Below are positions 1 through 9,161 of a DNA stretch of 32,000 nt, in pieces. The DNA comes from Nitrosococcus oceani ATCC 19707 (lineage in GTDB: Bacteria > Pseudomonadota > Gammaproteobacteria > Nitrosococcales > Nitrosococcaceae). The DNA lies in assembly GCF_000012805.1 (NCBI RefSeq), contig NC_007484.1, forward strand, positions 1,020,001 to 1,052,000, read 5' to 3'. The position numbers and the translations under genes are program-made. Under the pieces are notes generated by a model. The model did no database searches. It saw only the letters and a program-made list of their open reading frames with translations, and was not told the DNA's origin. How positions within the stretch are numbered: position 1 is the stretch's first letter; each line of letters opens with the position of its first letter.

Positions 1-765
1 ACGGCGGCTTTTGTGGACGCTGAACACGCCCTTGACCCCCAGTATGCCGAGCGATTGGGCGTGAGTGTTGAGGATCTTCTGGTCTCCCAACCGGATACCG
101 GAGAACAAGCCCTAGAAATTGCCGATATGCTGGTGCGTTCGGGGGCAGTGGATGTGGTTGTTATAGACTCGGTGGCCGCGCTGACCCCAAAAGCGGAAAT
201 TGAGGGGGAAATGGGTGACTCCCATGTGGGCTTGCAAGCCAGACTCATGTCCCAGGCTCTACGCAAGCTTACCGCCAATATTAAGCGTTCCAATACCCTG
301 GTGATTTTTATTAATCAAATCCGAATGAAAATTGGGGTGATGTTTGGTAGTCCGGAGACAACTACTGGGGGTAATGCGCTTAAATTTTATGCTTCTGTAC
401 GGTTGGATATTCGACGGGTGGGAGCGCTCAAAAAGGGGGACGAGATCGTTGGTAACGAGACGCGGGTGAAGGTGGTTAAAAACAAAATGGCGCCGCCTTT
501 TAAACAAGTTTCCTTCGATATTCTTTATGGATCGGGGGTCTCCCGGGAGGGGGAAATTATCGATCTAGGGGTGCGGGAAGGGTTCATTGAAAAGGCGGGC
601 GCTTGGTATAGTTATAACGGTGAGCGGATTGGTCAGGGCCGGGATAATGTACGCCAGTTCCTCAAGGAACATCGGGAGCTCGCCCAAGGCATCGAAGCCC
701 ATATCCGGGAGAAGTTATTGCCGGGCAAAGCAGCGTTAGAGGAAGTCCAGGAAGCGGTAACCTGA
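1..765 (+). CDS. recA: Recombinase RecA, 5' end outside window
   Basis: Frame 1 is open from nt 1 (the track lists 13..765). The translation [13 protein letters not shown]...[16 protein letters not shown]...[11 protein letters not shown]...[15 protein letters not shown] matches the RecA core and C-terminal region. Confidence 0.97.
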   Translation, partial: TAAFVDAEHALDPQYAERLGVSVEDLLVSQPDTGEQALEIADMLVRSGAVDVVVIDSVAALTPKAEIEGEMGDSHVGLQARLMSQALRKLTANIKRSNTLVIFINQIRMKIGVMFGSPETTTGGNALKFYASVRLDIRRVGALKKGDEIVGNETRVKVVKNKMAPPFKQVSFDILYGSGVSREGEIIDLGVREGFIEKAGAWYSYNGERIGQGRDNVRQFLKEHRELAQGIEAHIREKLLPGKAALEEVQEAVT

Positions 766-773
766 CTCTTACT

Positions 774-1226
774 GTGGACGACGCAAGCCTAGTAGAGGCT
801 AGAAATCTGTTGCTAGGGATGTTGGCCCGGCGGGAATATTCCTGTTGGGAATTGCAACGTAAGCTTACTGCTCGCGGCTATTCTTCGAGCCTGATTGAGA
901 AGGTACTGAGGGAACTGTGGCAAGATAACTTACAAAGCGATCAACGTTTTGCCGAAAGCTATTCTCGGTCCCGGGCGGAACGTGGTTTTGGACCCCGTCG
1001 TATCGCGGCTGAACTCAAGCAACGGGGTGTTAGCGCAGTGCTGATTACCGAGAGCCTAACCCAGGAGAGAGACTGGGACAGTCAAGTAATGAAAGCCCGG
1101 AATAAGCGCTTTGGGCAAGCGCTTCCCACTAACCCTAAGGAGCGGGCCAGACAGATGCGTTTCCTGCAATACCGGGGGTTTACCCAGGAACAAATTAATC
1201 ATGCGTTAAGCGAAAGGGATAGCTGA
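774..1226 (+). CDS. recX: RecA regulator RecX
   Basis: A 150-aa ORF with a GTG start lies 9 nt after the recA stop, in the conserved recA-recX position. Its helical-repeat sequence (LLGMLARREYSCWELQRKL..., RFLQYRGFTQEQI) is typical of RecX. Confidence 0.85.
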   Translation: MDDASLVEARNLLLGMLARREYSCWELQRKLTARGYSSSLIEKVLRELWQDNLQSDQRFAESYSRSRAERGFGPRRIAAELKQRGVSAVLITESLTQERDWDSQVMKARNKRFGQALPTNPKERARQMRFLQYRGFTQEQINHALSERDS

Positions 1227-1250
1227 GTCGCTCAGCGTAAGCAACTAATC

Positions 1251-3872
1251 ATGAAAAGCAGCGCCGAACTCCGAAAAATATTTCTCGATTATTTTCGCCA
1301 CCAGAGCCATGAGATTGTTCCCAGTGGCCCCTTAGTTCCTGCTAACGATCCGACCTTGCTGTTCACTAATGCAGGCATGGTCCAATTCAAAGAGGTTTTT
1401 CTGGGCAGGGAGGTCCGAGCTTATCATCGTGCGGCAAGCGCCCAGCGTTGCGTCCGCGCCGGGGGCAAGCATAACGATTTAGAAAATGTAGGTTATACCG
1501 CCCGCCACCATACCTTTTTTGAAATGCTGGGTAATTTCAGCTTTGGGGATTATTTTAAGCGCGAAGCTATCGGTTATGCTTGGGAATTGTTGACTGAAGT
1601 GCTTAAGCTACCGCCTGAGCGGCTATGGGTGACAGTATTCAAGGAGGATGATGAAGCTGCCAATATTTGGTTGCAGGAAATTGGGGTAAGTCCGGAACGT
1701 TTTTCCCGCTGTGGTGCCGAAGACAATTTCTGGTCTATGGGGGAGACGGGGCCCTGCGGCCCGTGTTCTGAAATTTTTTATGATCATGGACCGGAAATCG
1801 AGGGTGGTCCCCCTGGCAGCCCGGAGCAGGAGGGGGATAGGTACACTGAGATTTGGAATCTGGTTTTTATGCAGTATGACCGGGGTAAGGAAGGCCGGCT
1901 TTCTCCCTTGCCTCGTCCTTCGGTAGACACAGGGATGGGCTTGGAGCGGTTAGCGGCAGTAATGCAGGGAGTGCATGATAACTACAATATCGATTTATTC
2001 CGCAACCTTATCGCCGCCATTACCGCCCTTTCTGGTATTCAAAATCAAGAACAAACTTCTTTGCGGGTAATTGCCGATCATATTCGATCTTGTGTTTTTT
2101 TAATCGTAGATGGTATTCAGCCTTCTAATGAAGGGCGGGGGTATGTTCTGCGCCGCATTATCCGGCGGGCTATTCGGCATGGGCATAAATTGGGCCTGCG
2201 TGATCCTTTTTTCTACCGCCTAGTGGAGCCGCTGGTCCAGGAAATGGGAGAGGCTTATCCTGAATTGTTTCGGCTTCAGAGCCAAGTAGAGCGGGTGCTG
2301 AAATTGGAAGAGGAGCGCTTTAATGAAACCCTGGAGCAAGGACTCAAAATTCTAGAGCAGGATATTATTGATTTATCAGATGCCGTAATTCCCGGAGAAA
2401 CAATATTTCGGCTCTACGATACTTTTGGTTTCCCGGTGGATTTGACTGCCGACATTGCCCGGGAACGGAAACTCACCCTGGATATGAAAGGCTTTGAGCA
2501 AGCCATGGCCAAGCAGCGTAAACGGGCTCGGGCTGCCAGTCGCTTCAAAATCGAATATGGATCTGAGCTTCAGATGGATTTGGAGACCGAATTTACCGGC
2601 TATGAACAGCTCCGTGGCGAGGGCCAGATTGCCGCTCTATTCCGTCTGGCGGAGACTATGGAGACCGTGGAACAACTTAGCGCTGGCGAAAGTGGCATGG
2701 TGGTGCTGGACCGGACTCCATTTTACGCGGAGGCGGGCGGGCAAGTAGGAGATCGGGGAACGCTACGTGGCTCCAATGGGTTATTCAACGTGACGGATAC
2801 CCACAAGCAGGGCGCCGCCCATGTTCATCTGGGCGAGGTTCGCTTAGGTCAGCTTCGAGTTGGTGATTCAATTCAATCCGAGGTGGATCGAAAATACCGA
2901 ACTCCTACCCGACTCAACCATTCGGCAACTCATCTTCTCCATGCGGCCCTGCGGGAAGTGCTAGGGGAGGGGGTGATTCAGAAAGGCTCCCTGGTGGCTT
3001 CCGACCGCCTGCGTTTTGACTTCTCCCATCTTGAAGCCGTGCAGTCTGGACAATTGCGCCAAATCGAGCATCTGGTAAATGCTAAGATTAGGGCTAATTT
3101 GCCCGTAGAAACACAGATTATGCCTTTGCAGCAAGCCCTAGATGCGGGTGTTATGGCATTGTTTGGCGAGAAATACGGCGAGCAGGTTCGGGTTTTGCGC
3201 ATGGGAGACTTCTCGATGGAGCTGTGTGGTGGTACCCATGTGGATCGGACCGGCGATATTGGTCTTTTCAAGATCATTAACGAAATGGGTGTTGCCGCTG
3301 GAATCCGCCGTATTGAGGCAGTCACGGGAGAGGCAGCGCTATCCTGGGTAGAGGAGGGCGAGGTATGCTTGGAAGCCCTTATGGGTCGGCTTAAGGCCTC
3401 CCGGAATTCAGCGGTTGACAAGCTGGAGCAACTGCAGCAACAGACCCGCCAGCAGGAGAAGGAACTACAGAGACTGAAAGCGAAATTAGCCACTACGGGA
3501 GGAGCGGATTTAAGCATTCAGGCGCAAGAAATTCGGGGCATCAAAGTTTTGGCGGCCCGAATTGATGGGGTTGATAGTAAAACCTTGCGCGCCACGGTTG
3601 ATCAGCTCAAAGGCAAACTTATTACTGCTGCCGTTGTATTGGGCACTGTAGTGGAAGATAAAGTCGTTTTAATTGCTGGGGTGACTAACAATGCCACTAG
3701 CCGGATTAAGGCGGGAGATTTGGTCAACTTTGTTGCTGAGCAGGTAGGTGGCCGGGGTGGAGGTCGTCCGGATATGGCCCAGGCGGGAGGCAGGAATCCG
3801 GATAAATTGGATGCTGCCCTTGATTTAGTGCCGAAGTGGGTAGAGGGACAGTTAACTTCCGGAGCGCAATAA
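1251..3872 (+). CDS. alaS: Alanine--tRNA ligase
   Basis: An 873-aa ORF with hallmark AlaRS motifs: [28 protein letters not shown], the editing-domain HSATHLLH and CGGTHV, and a C-terminal DHHA1-like [12 protein letters not shown]. Confidence 0.97.
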   Translation: MKSSAELRKIFLDYFRHQSHEIVPSGPLVPANDPTLLFTNAGMVQFKEVFLGREVRAYHRAASAQRCVRAGGKHNDLENVGYTARHHTFFEMLGNFSFGDYFKREAIGYAWELLTEVLKLPPERLWVTVFKEDDEAANIWLQEIGVSPERFSRCGAEDNFWSMGETGPCGPCSEIFYDHGPEIEGGPPGSPEQEGDRYTEIWNLVFMQYDRGKEGRLSPLPRPSVDTGMGLERLAAVMQGVHDNYNIDLFRNLIAAITALSGIQNQEQTSLRVIADHIRSCVFLIVDGIQPSNEGRGYVLRRIIRRAIRHGHKLGLRDPFFYRLVEPLVQEMGEAYPELFRLQSQVERVLKLEEERFNETLEQGLKILEQDIIDLSDAVIPGETIFRLYDTFGFPVDLTADIARERKLTLDMKGFEQAMAKQRKRARAASRFKIEYGSELQMDLETEFTGYEQLRGEGQIAALFRLAETMETVEQLSAGESGMVVLDRTPFYAEAGGQVGDRGTLRGSNGLFNVTDTHKQGAAHVHLGEVRLGQLRVGDSIQSEVDRKYRTPTRLNHSATHLLHAALREVLGEGVIQKGSLVASDRLRFDFSHLEAVQSGQLRQIEHLVNAKIRANLPVETQIMPLQQALDAGVMALFGEKYGEQVRVLRMGDFSMELCGGTHVDRTGDIGLFKIINEMGVAAGIRRIEAVTGEAALSWVEEGEVCLEALMGRLKASRNSAVDKLEQLQQQTRQQEKELQRLKAKLATTGGADLSIQAQEIRGIKVLAARIDGVDSKTLRATVDQLKGKLITAAVVLGTVVEDKVVLIAGVTNNATSRIKAGDLVNFVAEQVGGRGGGRPDMAQAGGRNPDKLDAALDLVPKWVEGQLTSGAQ

Positions 3873-3884
3873 CTTGCTTACTCT

Positions 3885-5126
3885 ATGACATTAATTGTTC
3901 AAAAATTTGGTGGGACTTCCGTGGGGACTCTCGAACGTATCGAGGCGATTGCGGATAAACTTGTGGCGTTTCAGCGGAGGGGAGATAGTCTTGTGGCCGT
4001 AGTATCAGCCATGAGCGGCGAGACTAATCGCCTGTTAGCGTTGGCCCATGAAATACACTCCCAGCCTAATCCCCGGGAATTAGATGTCCTGCTTTCTACG
4101 GGCGAGCAGGTAACCATCGCTTTACTGAGTATTGCTATAGAGAAACGCGGGATTCCAGCTCGCTCTTACACCGGATCTCAGGTGTATATCCGTACGGACA
4201 GCGCCCATAATAAAGCCCGTATTCAGGAGATTGATGCCAAACGTATCCATGATGACCTGAGACAAGGGCGAATTGTGGTTGTTGCTGGTTTTCAAGGGGC
4301 AGACGAGAAAGGGAATATTACCACTTTGGGGCGGGGTGGTTCCGATACGACTGCTGTGGCGCTGACTGCAGCACTGGAAGCAGGCGAGTGCCAAATTTAT
4401 ACGGATGTCGATGGCGTTTACACGACTGATCCGCGAGTAGTTCCAGAGGCCCGGCGGTTAGCTCGCCTGACCTATGAAGAAATGCTTGAATTGGCGAGCC
4501 TCGGCGCCAAAGTTCTACAAATTCGGGCGGTTGAGTTTGCCAGCAAGCATCACGTGCCCTTGAGAGTGTTGTCATCATTTGAAAAAGGGGAGGGTACCCT
4601 GATTACATCTGAGGTAGAGGGAATGGAAGAGCCACTAATTTCTGGAATCGCTTTTAATATTGATGAAGCTAAGCTAACCATATTAGGTGTGCCTGACAAG
4701 CCCGGTGTTGCCTATCATATTCTTGGCCCTGTTGCCGATGCTAATATTGGGGTAGATATGATTATTCAAAATGTGGGTAGAGATGGCACGACGGATTTTA
4801 CTTTTACCGTACATCGGAATGATTATTTGAAGGCCCTTGAGATTTTACGCGAATCCGCCTCGACTCTAGGTGCGCGGGAGGTCCGGGGAGATGATAAAAT
4901 CGCGAAAATATCAGTAGTTGGCGTCGGTATGCGTTCCCATGCAGGCATTGCCAGCACTATGTTCCATACGCTAGCACAAGAAGGAATCAATATTCAGACT
5001 ATTTCCACTTCGGAGATCAAAATCTCGGTGGTTATAGAAGAGAAATACTTGGAACTCGGAGTACGGGCTTTACACTCGGCGTTTGAATTAGAAAAAGCGC
5101 CGAGTAGAATATCCTCCTCTCTTTAA
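3885..5126 (+). CDS. lysC: Aspartate kinase (monofunctional, two C-terminal ACT domains)
   Basis: A 413-aa ORF with the N-terminal VQKFGGTSV motif, LGRGGSDTTAVALA-like GRGGSDTTAVAL, DVDGVYTTDPR, and a C-terminal ACT-type region (ISVVGVGMRSHAGIA). Confidence 0.93.
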   Translation: MTLIVQKFGGTSVGTLERIEAIADKLVAFQRRGDSLVAVVSAMSGETNRLLALAHEIHSQPNPRELDVLLSTGEQVTIALLSIAIEKRGIPARSYTGSQVYIRTDSAHNKARIQEIDAKRIHDDLRQGRIVVVAGFQGADEKGNITTLGRGGSDTTAVALTAALEAGECQIYTDVDGVYTTDPRVVPEARRLARLTYEEMLELASLGAKVLQIRAVEFASKHHVPLRVLSSFEKGEGTLITSEVEGMEEPLISGIAFNIDEAKLTILGVPDKPGVAYHILGPVADANIGVDMIIQNVGRDGTTDFTFTVHRNDYLKALEILRESASTLGAREVRGDDKIAKISVVGVGMRSHAGIASTMFHTLAQEGINIQTISTSEIKISVVIEEKYLELGVRALHSAFELEKAPSRISSSL

Positions 5127-5383
5127 GGGGGAGTTCTGCAAGGTGATACCATGAATTAAATTAATTTAGAGATTAGAAGCTATCCAAATAGAGTGCTATA
5201 TATTACAATTCGATAAAAATATAATAATAATGCGTGCCGCAGATAGGGACACGTGTCATGAGCAGAAACAGGGTACGGGTATAAGCCAAAAGCGGGTGCT
5301 TGACCTGAGTCCCTGTTATATGGAGGCTGCGAGACCATGGCCCGCTTGTAGCGAGGCCATTTTTGAGAAGAGGAGAAGGAGCT

Positions 5384-5641
5384 ATGTTGATTTTGACTCG
5401 GCGCGTTGGCGAAGCCTTGATGATTGGAGATCAGGTCACGGTGACAGTGCTAGGCGTAAAGGGTAATCAGGTAAGAATTGGGGTGACAGCACCTAAGGAA
5501 GTCACGGTTCATAGGGAAGAGATTTACGCACGCATTCAGCGTGAAAAGGAGCAAGCTAACGGTAGGGGGCAAGTCAGCGAGTCAGAGTTTACGGAAGAAG
5601 CGTTTCGGGCTGCGCCTGCTATTTCCGGAAGTGGCGAGTAA
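5384..5641 (+). CDS. csrA: Carbon storage regulator CsrA/RsmA with extended C-terminal tail
   Basis: [48 protein letters not shown] is the canonical CsrA fold sequence. I chose the internal ATG at 5384, which is preceded by a GGAGAAGGAG Shine-Dalgarno, over the track start at 5363. The product is 85 aa. Confidence 0.9.
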   Translation: MLILTRRVGEALMIGDQVTVTVLGVKGNQVRIGVTAPKEVTVHREEIYARIQREKEQANGRGQVSESEFTEEAFRAAPAISGSGE

Positions 5642-5672
5642 TTACCGGTTATATTTAAAACAAATTTTTCTA

Positions 5673-5765
5673 GGAGAGATGGCCGAGCGGCTGAAGGCGC
5701 TCCCCTGCTAAGGGAGTATGGGGTTAGTAGCTCCATCGAGGGTTCGAATCCCTCTCTCTCCGCCA
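5673..5765 (+). tRNA. tRNA-Ser (anticodon GCU), class II with long variable arm, CCA encoded
   Basis: Folded by hand: acceptor GGAGAGA/TCTCTCC, D-stem GCC/GGC, anticodon stem CTCCC/GGGAG with loop CT-GCT-AA, a 21-nt variable arm, T-arm GAGGG-TTCGAAT-CCCTC, discriminator G and CCA. Total length is 93 nt. Confidence 0.93.
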
Positions 5766-6275
5766 ATAAATTCAATTAACTAACTGAATTAAATAATTAT
5801 TATCTGTTAGTTAAGCGATACGCTTCCCTTATCGGTCCCCGTGTAGGCGTTTCTCTAATTGCTTTGTTCTATCCGAAGCACGCCTGCCGGATGGCGATCA
5901 CGCGAACGTCGACTGCCCGCTGCCGACCAGGCTTCGCGCGTCCGATCGGACTGCGGCCGCGCTCGGTTGCGTGTACGCCGGCGCGACGATCGAGGCGTGG
6001 TACCCGGTCACGCCCGTCCAGTCGCTTTTTTTGCGCAGTCAATTTAAGGAAACTGGACTTCTTGTGATCGCAGCATCACCAGAACCGGGCGATTTGTAGC
6101 GGCGAGCACGCTGCGGGGGAGTAGTCGGCGAGGGCCCCTAACTCAGAGAAAATCCCGATATCAGCGGCTCCACTCCTCCCCTCCGGTCGCCTGGAGGTCC
6201 GGGGCTTCTTGTCAGCGTCGCTGAAGCGATCCACCGGTCCATATAGTAGCGCAGCATGAAATGTCCGCAGTTGGC

Positions 6276-6446
6276 CGATTCTGTTGAAAAACTTTGAGGC
6301 GATGGTGTTCTTGTGAAACGCAGCCCTTCTGTCGCGAAAAGCGGGTGATGTTCAAGAACTGAATGCTGCAGTTTTCGCTACAGCAAGCCGTTGACCACTG
6401 AAGTCATCGCCAGACTTACCGCCTGGAAAGCTTTTCAACAGAATCG
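6276..6446. repeat. Imperfect 21-nt inverted repeat pair (19/21) with 129-nt spacer inside the GC-rich scar
   Basis: The left arm at 6276-6296 is cgattctgttgaaaaactttg. The reverse complement of the right arm at 6426-6446 is cgattctgttgaaaagctttc. The flanks are also loosely similar (aggcgatgg vs aggcggtaag). Confidence 0.5.
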
Positions 6447-6806
6447 ACCCCGAGCGCACGCTGTGGATGCCAGGATTTTTTACATGCGAGTGCCAAGCCT
6501 GCAGCCACCAACACCCTGGGATCGCCGCGTGACCGCACCCGAGAATCACAAGGCGGGAATCTCCTCGTCAAACCCCGCCGTAATAACGCCTCCATTTTCC
6601 TCCTCACCGATGTCAGGATTATTTGTAGTTTTCCGCGTTGTTGAATGGGGTGTGGCGTGCGTCGCCGCACGCGGAATGGTAACCAATTGATTATCCGGTA
6701 AATGGATTGTGAGGGGGCAGGGGTGGCGCGAACTTTGCCTGGGACACTATCGACCAACGAAACCGTAGTAATGGTTACCCGGGCGGGTCGAGGGAGGAAC
6801 AAGCCA

Positions 6807-7022
6807 GTGAAAACAATTCTGTGGTCATCGGCACTGGCGCTGAGCCTGGTGGCGTCGGGCACGGCGAGCGCGACGCTGATATCCCGCCGAGGCGGGCAGG
6901 CCTACTACGATGACGTGCTCGACGTCACCTAGGTCGCCGACGCGAACCTGGCGGCGAGCCATACCTTTGGCGTAAGTCGCGCAAGCCTCAACGCGGACGG
7001 CACGATGAACTGGAGCGCGGCC
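6807..7022 (+). pseudogene. Secreted DUF1566/Lcl-like protein gene fragment, in-frame TAG and 3' truncation
   Basis: A GTG at 6807 follows a GGGAGG Shine-Dalgarno. The product starts with signal peptide KTILWSSALALSLVASGTASA, then TLISRRGGQAYYDDVLDVT-TAG(6930-6932)-VADANLAASHTFGV...ADGTMNWSAA. As I recall this family, the stop occupies the Trp of the usual (I/V)TW(L)xDAN motif. Similarity ends near 7022, where the integrase fragment abuts. Confidence 0.5.
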
Positions 7023-7045
7023 TTGACCTTGTTCTCGATCACGTG

Positions 7046-7432
7046 CGCGAGCGCCGAGACGCTGTTGCTGCCTGAGAGCTCAGCCATGAAGGCGGGGACC
7101 TCCGTATGGGGCACAGCGGGTGGCCTTTTTTACCCGTGAAGGCCACGGCAGCAGCTTGTCCAGGTGGCCGCGCCAGCGAGCAGGGTTCAGGCGTCACGGT
7201 ATTTGTGAGCCGCAGCTTAGTCTAGGATGTTTTCCATCCGTCCTTGCACCCGTTTGGCGGTTTCGGTCTTGGTGGTCCAGATCGGGGAGAGGATCTTTAG
7301 GATGTCCTCGGTCGTGATGGCGTTTACCCGAATCGCTCCGATCACGGGCCGGGCGTAGGTCTTTAAGGTGCTCGCCCACTGCCGGGCGTGTTTGACGTTT
7401 CTCCAGCCGTGGCGATATTGAGTTTCAGCGAT
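7046..7432 (-). pseudogene. P4-type tyrosine integrase remnant (N-terminal SAM-like region only; 5' and 3' truncated, stop and frameshifts)
   Basis: The minus-strand translation reads YRHGWRNVKHARQWASTLKTYARPVIGAIRVNAITTEDILKILSPIWTTKTETAKRVQGRMENILD-TAA. After a frameshift it continues NPARWRGHLDKLLP, and after another, VPHTEVPAFMAELSGSNSVSALA. These are the characteristic blocks of P4-like integrases upstream of the catalytic domain. No catalytic domain is present. Confidence 0.75.
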
Positions 7433-7742
7433 CTATTTCGGTCTTATAAATTTCGTATTCCACTTGCATTGATCGAAGCCAAGGCAATATTCATAGTTTA
7501 GGCAGAAATCTTCAATAGGCATCCTTGATAAATAATCTGCCGCCTTGCGGATGAGAGGCCAGCAGCATTCTGAATTTTATCCGGTATAATTATGGCGGTG
7601 ATGGGCAGTATTCATGGCTTTATTCTTTCATCAAAATGAAAGATGCGCCTTTATATTACGATTTGCCTCACGATGACATTGTTTAAGGCTAGCTAGCCTT
7701 TTAGAATGCATGATTAAGGACGAGCAGCTAGCGAGGTGAGCC

Positions 7743-9056
7743 GTGGGAAATAAAATATCTGATGAAGGCCCGCGTATTTATAACCTTTTCCCCTTGTTGG
7801 CGGGATCGGTTCCTGATTGGGAGCAGCGCCTTCCTGAAATTGCTGCCATGAAGTTTAATTGGGTTTTTCTAAACCCTTTCCATGCACCCGGATTTTCAGG
7901 TAGCTTGTATTCCATCAAGGATTACTATCAATTGCATCCTCTCTTTCGAGGGGAGTCCCGGGAGTCACCGGAGCAATTACTGAGAGGGTTCGTCCGTCAG
8001 GCGGAGAAGCAAGGGTTGGCGGTGATGATGGATTTAGTCATTAATCATACCGCTAAAGATTCACCCTTGGTTTCCCAGCATCCGGAATGGTATCTTCATG
8101 AAGAAGACGGTTCTGTGCATTCTCCTTTTGTGGTAGCTCCCAATGATCCGCAAAACGTTACGGTATGGGGGGATCTAGCTGAGATTGATTACCGGCAGCG
8201 GTCGGCCCGGGAAGAGCTTTTAGCCTATTGGAAAAAACTGCTACAGCATTACATCCGGCTGGGTTTTCATGGCTTTCGCTGTGATGCCGCCTATAAGGTG
8301 CCGGGGGAAGTGTGGGCGGAGTTGATTGAGACCGCCCGGCAGCTTAATCCGGAGATCCGCTTTTTTGCCGAAACCTTGGGGGCACCTCTCCATCAAGTTG
8401 AGCAACTCCATTCCGCAGGCTTCGATTATTTTTTTAATAGCGCCAAGTGGTGGGATTTCCATGCTGGCTGGCTCTTGGAGCAATATGAGCAATTTCGCCA
8501 TATTGCCCCTTCCATTGCTTTTCCGGAAAGCCATGATACGGAGCGGCTAGCAGCTGAAGGGGGGGGGGAGGAGCGGCACTCTCGCACCTGGTATCTGTTC
8601 ACCGCTTTCTTTTCCACAGGGGTTATGTTACCCATAGGCTATGAATACGGTTTTCGGCGTAAACTGCATGTAGTGGAAACCCGGCCGGAAGATTGGGAGG
8701 AGCCAGCGTTTGATCTTACTTCTTTTATTGGCGCGGTCAATGCCATGAAGGTTAATGCGCCAGTATTGAACGAAGAAGGTCCCCAAAGACGTTTCACTCC
8801 TCCCAGTCATCCCCTAGTGGGGTTGTTGCGCCAATCGGAGCACTCAGCTGAAAATGTGGTAGGTTTAATTAATACGGATACCGAACGCAGCCATGATTTT
8901 GGCCTTGACCACTTAAGGGAAGTGATGGGCGTGGAGGTAGAGGCTATCCAGGAAATTACGCCTTTCCACCCAACTAATTCTTTGGCAGGACATCAGCAGA
9001 TTCAGGTTGCGCCTTACAGCATGCGTATTTTCCATGCGCTTGGGCAGAGAAGCTAG
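7743..9056 (+). CDS. GH13 alpha-amylase family protein, GlgE-like catalytic core without N-terminal domains
   Basis: A 437-aa ORF with a GTG start. It carries the GH13 conserved regions DLVINH (I), GFRCDAAYK (II), FFAETLG (III) and FPESHDTERL (IV). The overall layout resembles maltosyltransferase/GlgE-type enzymes, but the specificity is not determinable here. Confidence 0.8.
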   Translation: MGNKISDEGPRIYNLFPLLAGSVPDWEQRLPEIAAMKFNWVFLNPFHAPGFSGSLYSIKDYYQLHPLFRGESRESPEQLLRGFVRQAEKQGLAVMMDLVINHTAKDSPLVSQHPEWYLHEEDGSVHSPFVVAPNDPQNVTVWGDLAEIDYRQRSAREELLAYWKKLLQHYIRLGFHGFRCDAAYKVPGEVWAELIETARQLNPEIRFFAETLGAPLHQVEQLHSAGFDYFFNSAKWWDFHAGWLLEQYEQFRHIAPSIAFPESHDTERLAAEGGGEERHSRTWYLFTAFFSTGVMLPIGYEYGFRRKLHVVETRPEDWEEPAFDLTSFIGAVNAMKVNAPVLNEEGPQRRFTPPSHPLVGLLRQSEHSAENVVGLINTDTERSHDFGLDHLREVMGVEVEAIQEITPFHPTNSLAGHQQIQVAPYSMRIFHALGQRS

Positions 9057-9161
9057 CACGATTACCATAAGTAAAGAACCGCTGCCCAGAAATAAATAGC
9101 AGGGATAACCTTCCAAAGGGCTGCGAGTGATGCTGAAATCCTTGCTCAGTTGGACAAAGAT

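Larger units (their letters stand above)
5766..7432. mobile_element. Decayed genomic-island remnant at the 3' side of tRNA-Ser (GC-rich, only pseudogene fragments)
   Basis: The sequence turns abruptly GC-rich from about 5870: a hand count gives 44/60 G+C in 5881-5940, against 30/60 in 7801-7860. It reverts to AT-rich at 7433. There is no credible intact ORF. The region contains an integrase remnant and a disrupted secreted-protein gene and sits next to a tRNA gene. Confidence 0.6.

Noticed and set aside
2978-3517. A 179-aa ORF antisense to alaS. The same applies to 1711..1926, 2494..2748 and 3142..3351.
   Set aside because: It lies entirely inside the strongly supported alaS frame. The composition is Cys/Ser/Arg-rich and low in complexity, with no recognisable motif. 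These are typical shadow ORFs.
5230-5466. The 78-aa ORF upstream of and overlapping csrA, and the longer csrA start at 5363.
   Set aside because: It is out of frame with the conserved CsrA sequence. MLILTRR is the universal CsrA N-terminus and has its own strong RBS.
5536-5775. The 79-aa minus-strand ORF covering the csrA 3' end and the tRNA-Ser gene.
   Set aside because: It is antisense to a tRNA with a complete cloverleaf and to csrA, so it is an artefactual ORF.
6391-6862. The 148-aa minus-strand ORF (6416..6862) and the overlapping 99-aa plus-strand ORF in the GC-rich scar. Small ORFs at 5859..6067 and 7120..7379 are in the same category.
   Set aside because: Long open frames arise by chance in high-GC DNA. 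These overlap each other and are Arg/Pro/Ser-rich. They lack RBSs and any recognisable motif, and the meaningful reading near 7200-7430 is a different, interrupted integrase frame.
5766-7742. A search for an attR-type direct repeat of the tRNA-Ser 3' end (ggttcgaatccctctctctccgcca) at the far side of the island scar.
   Set aside because: No convincing copy of about 12 nt or longer was found by eye. The island boundary is therefore inferred from composition only.
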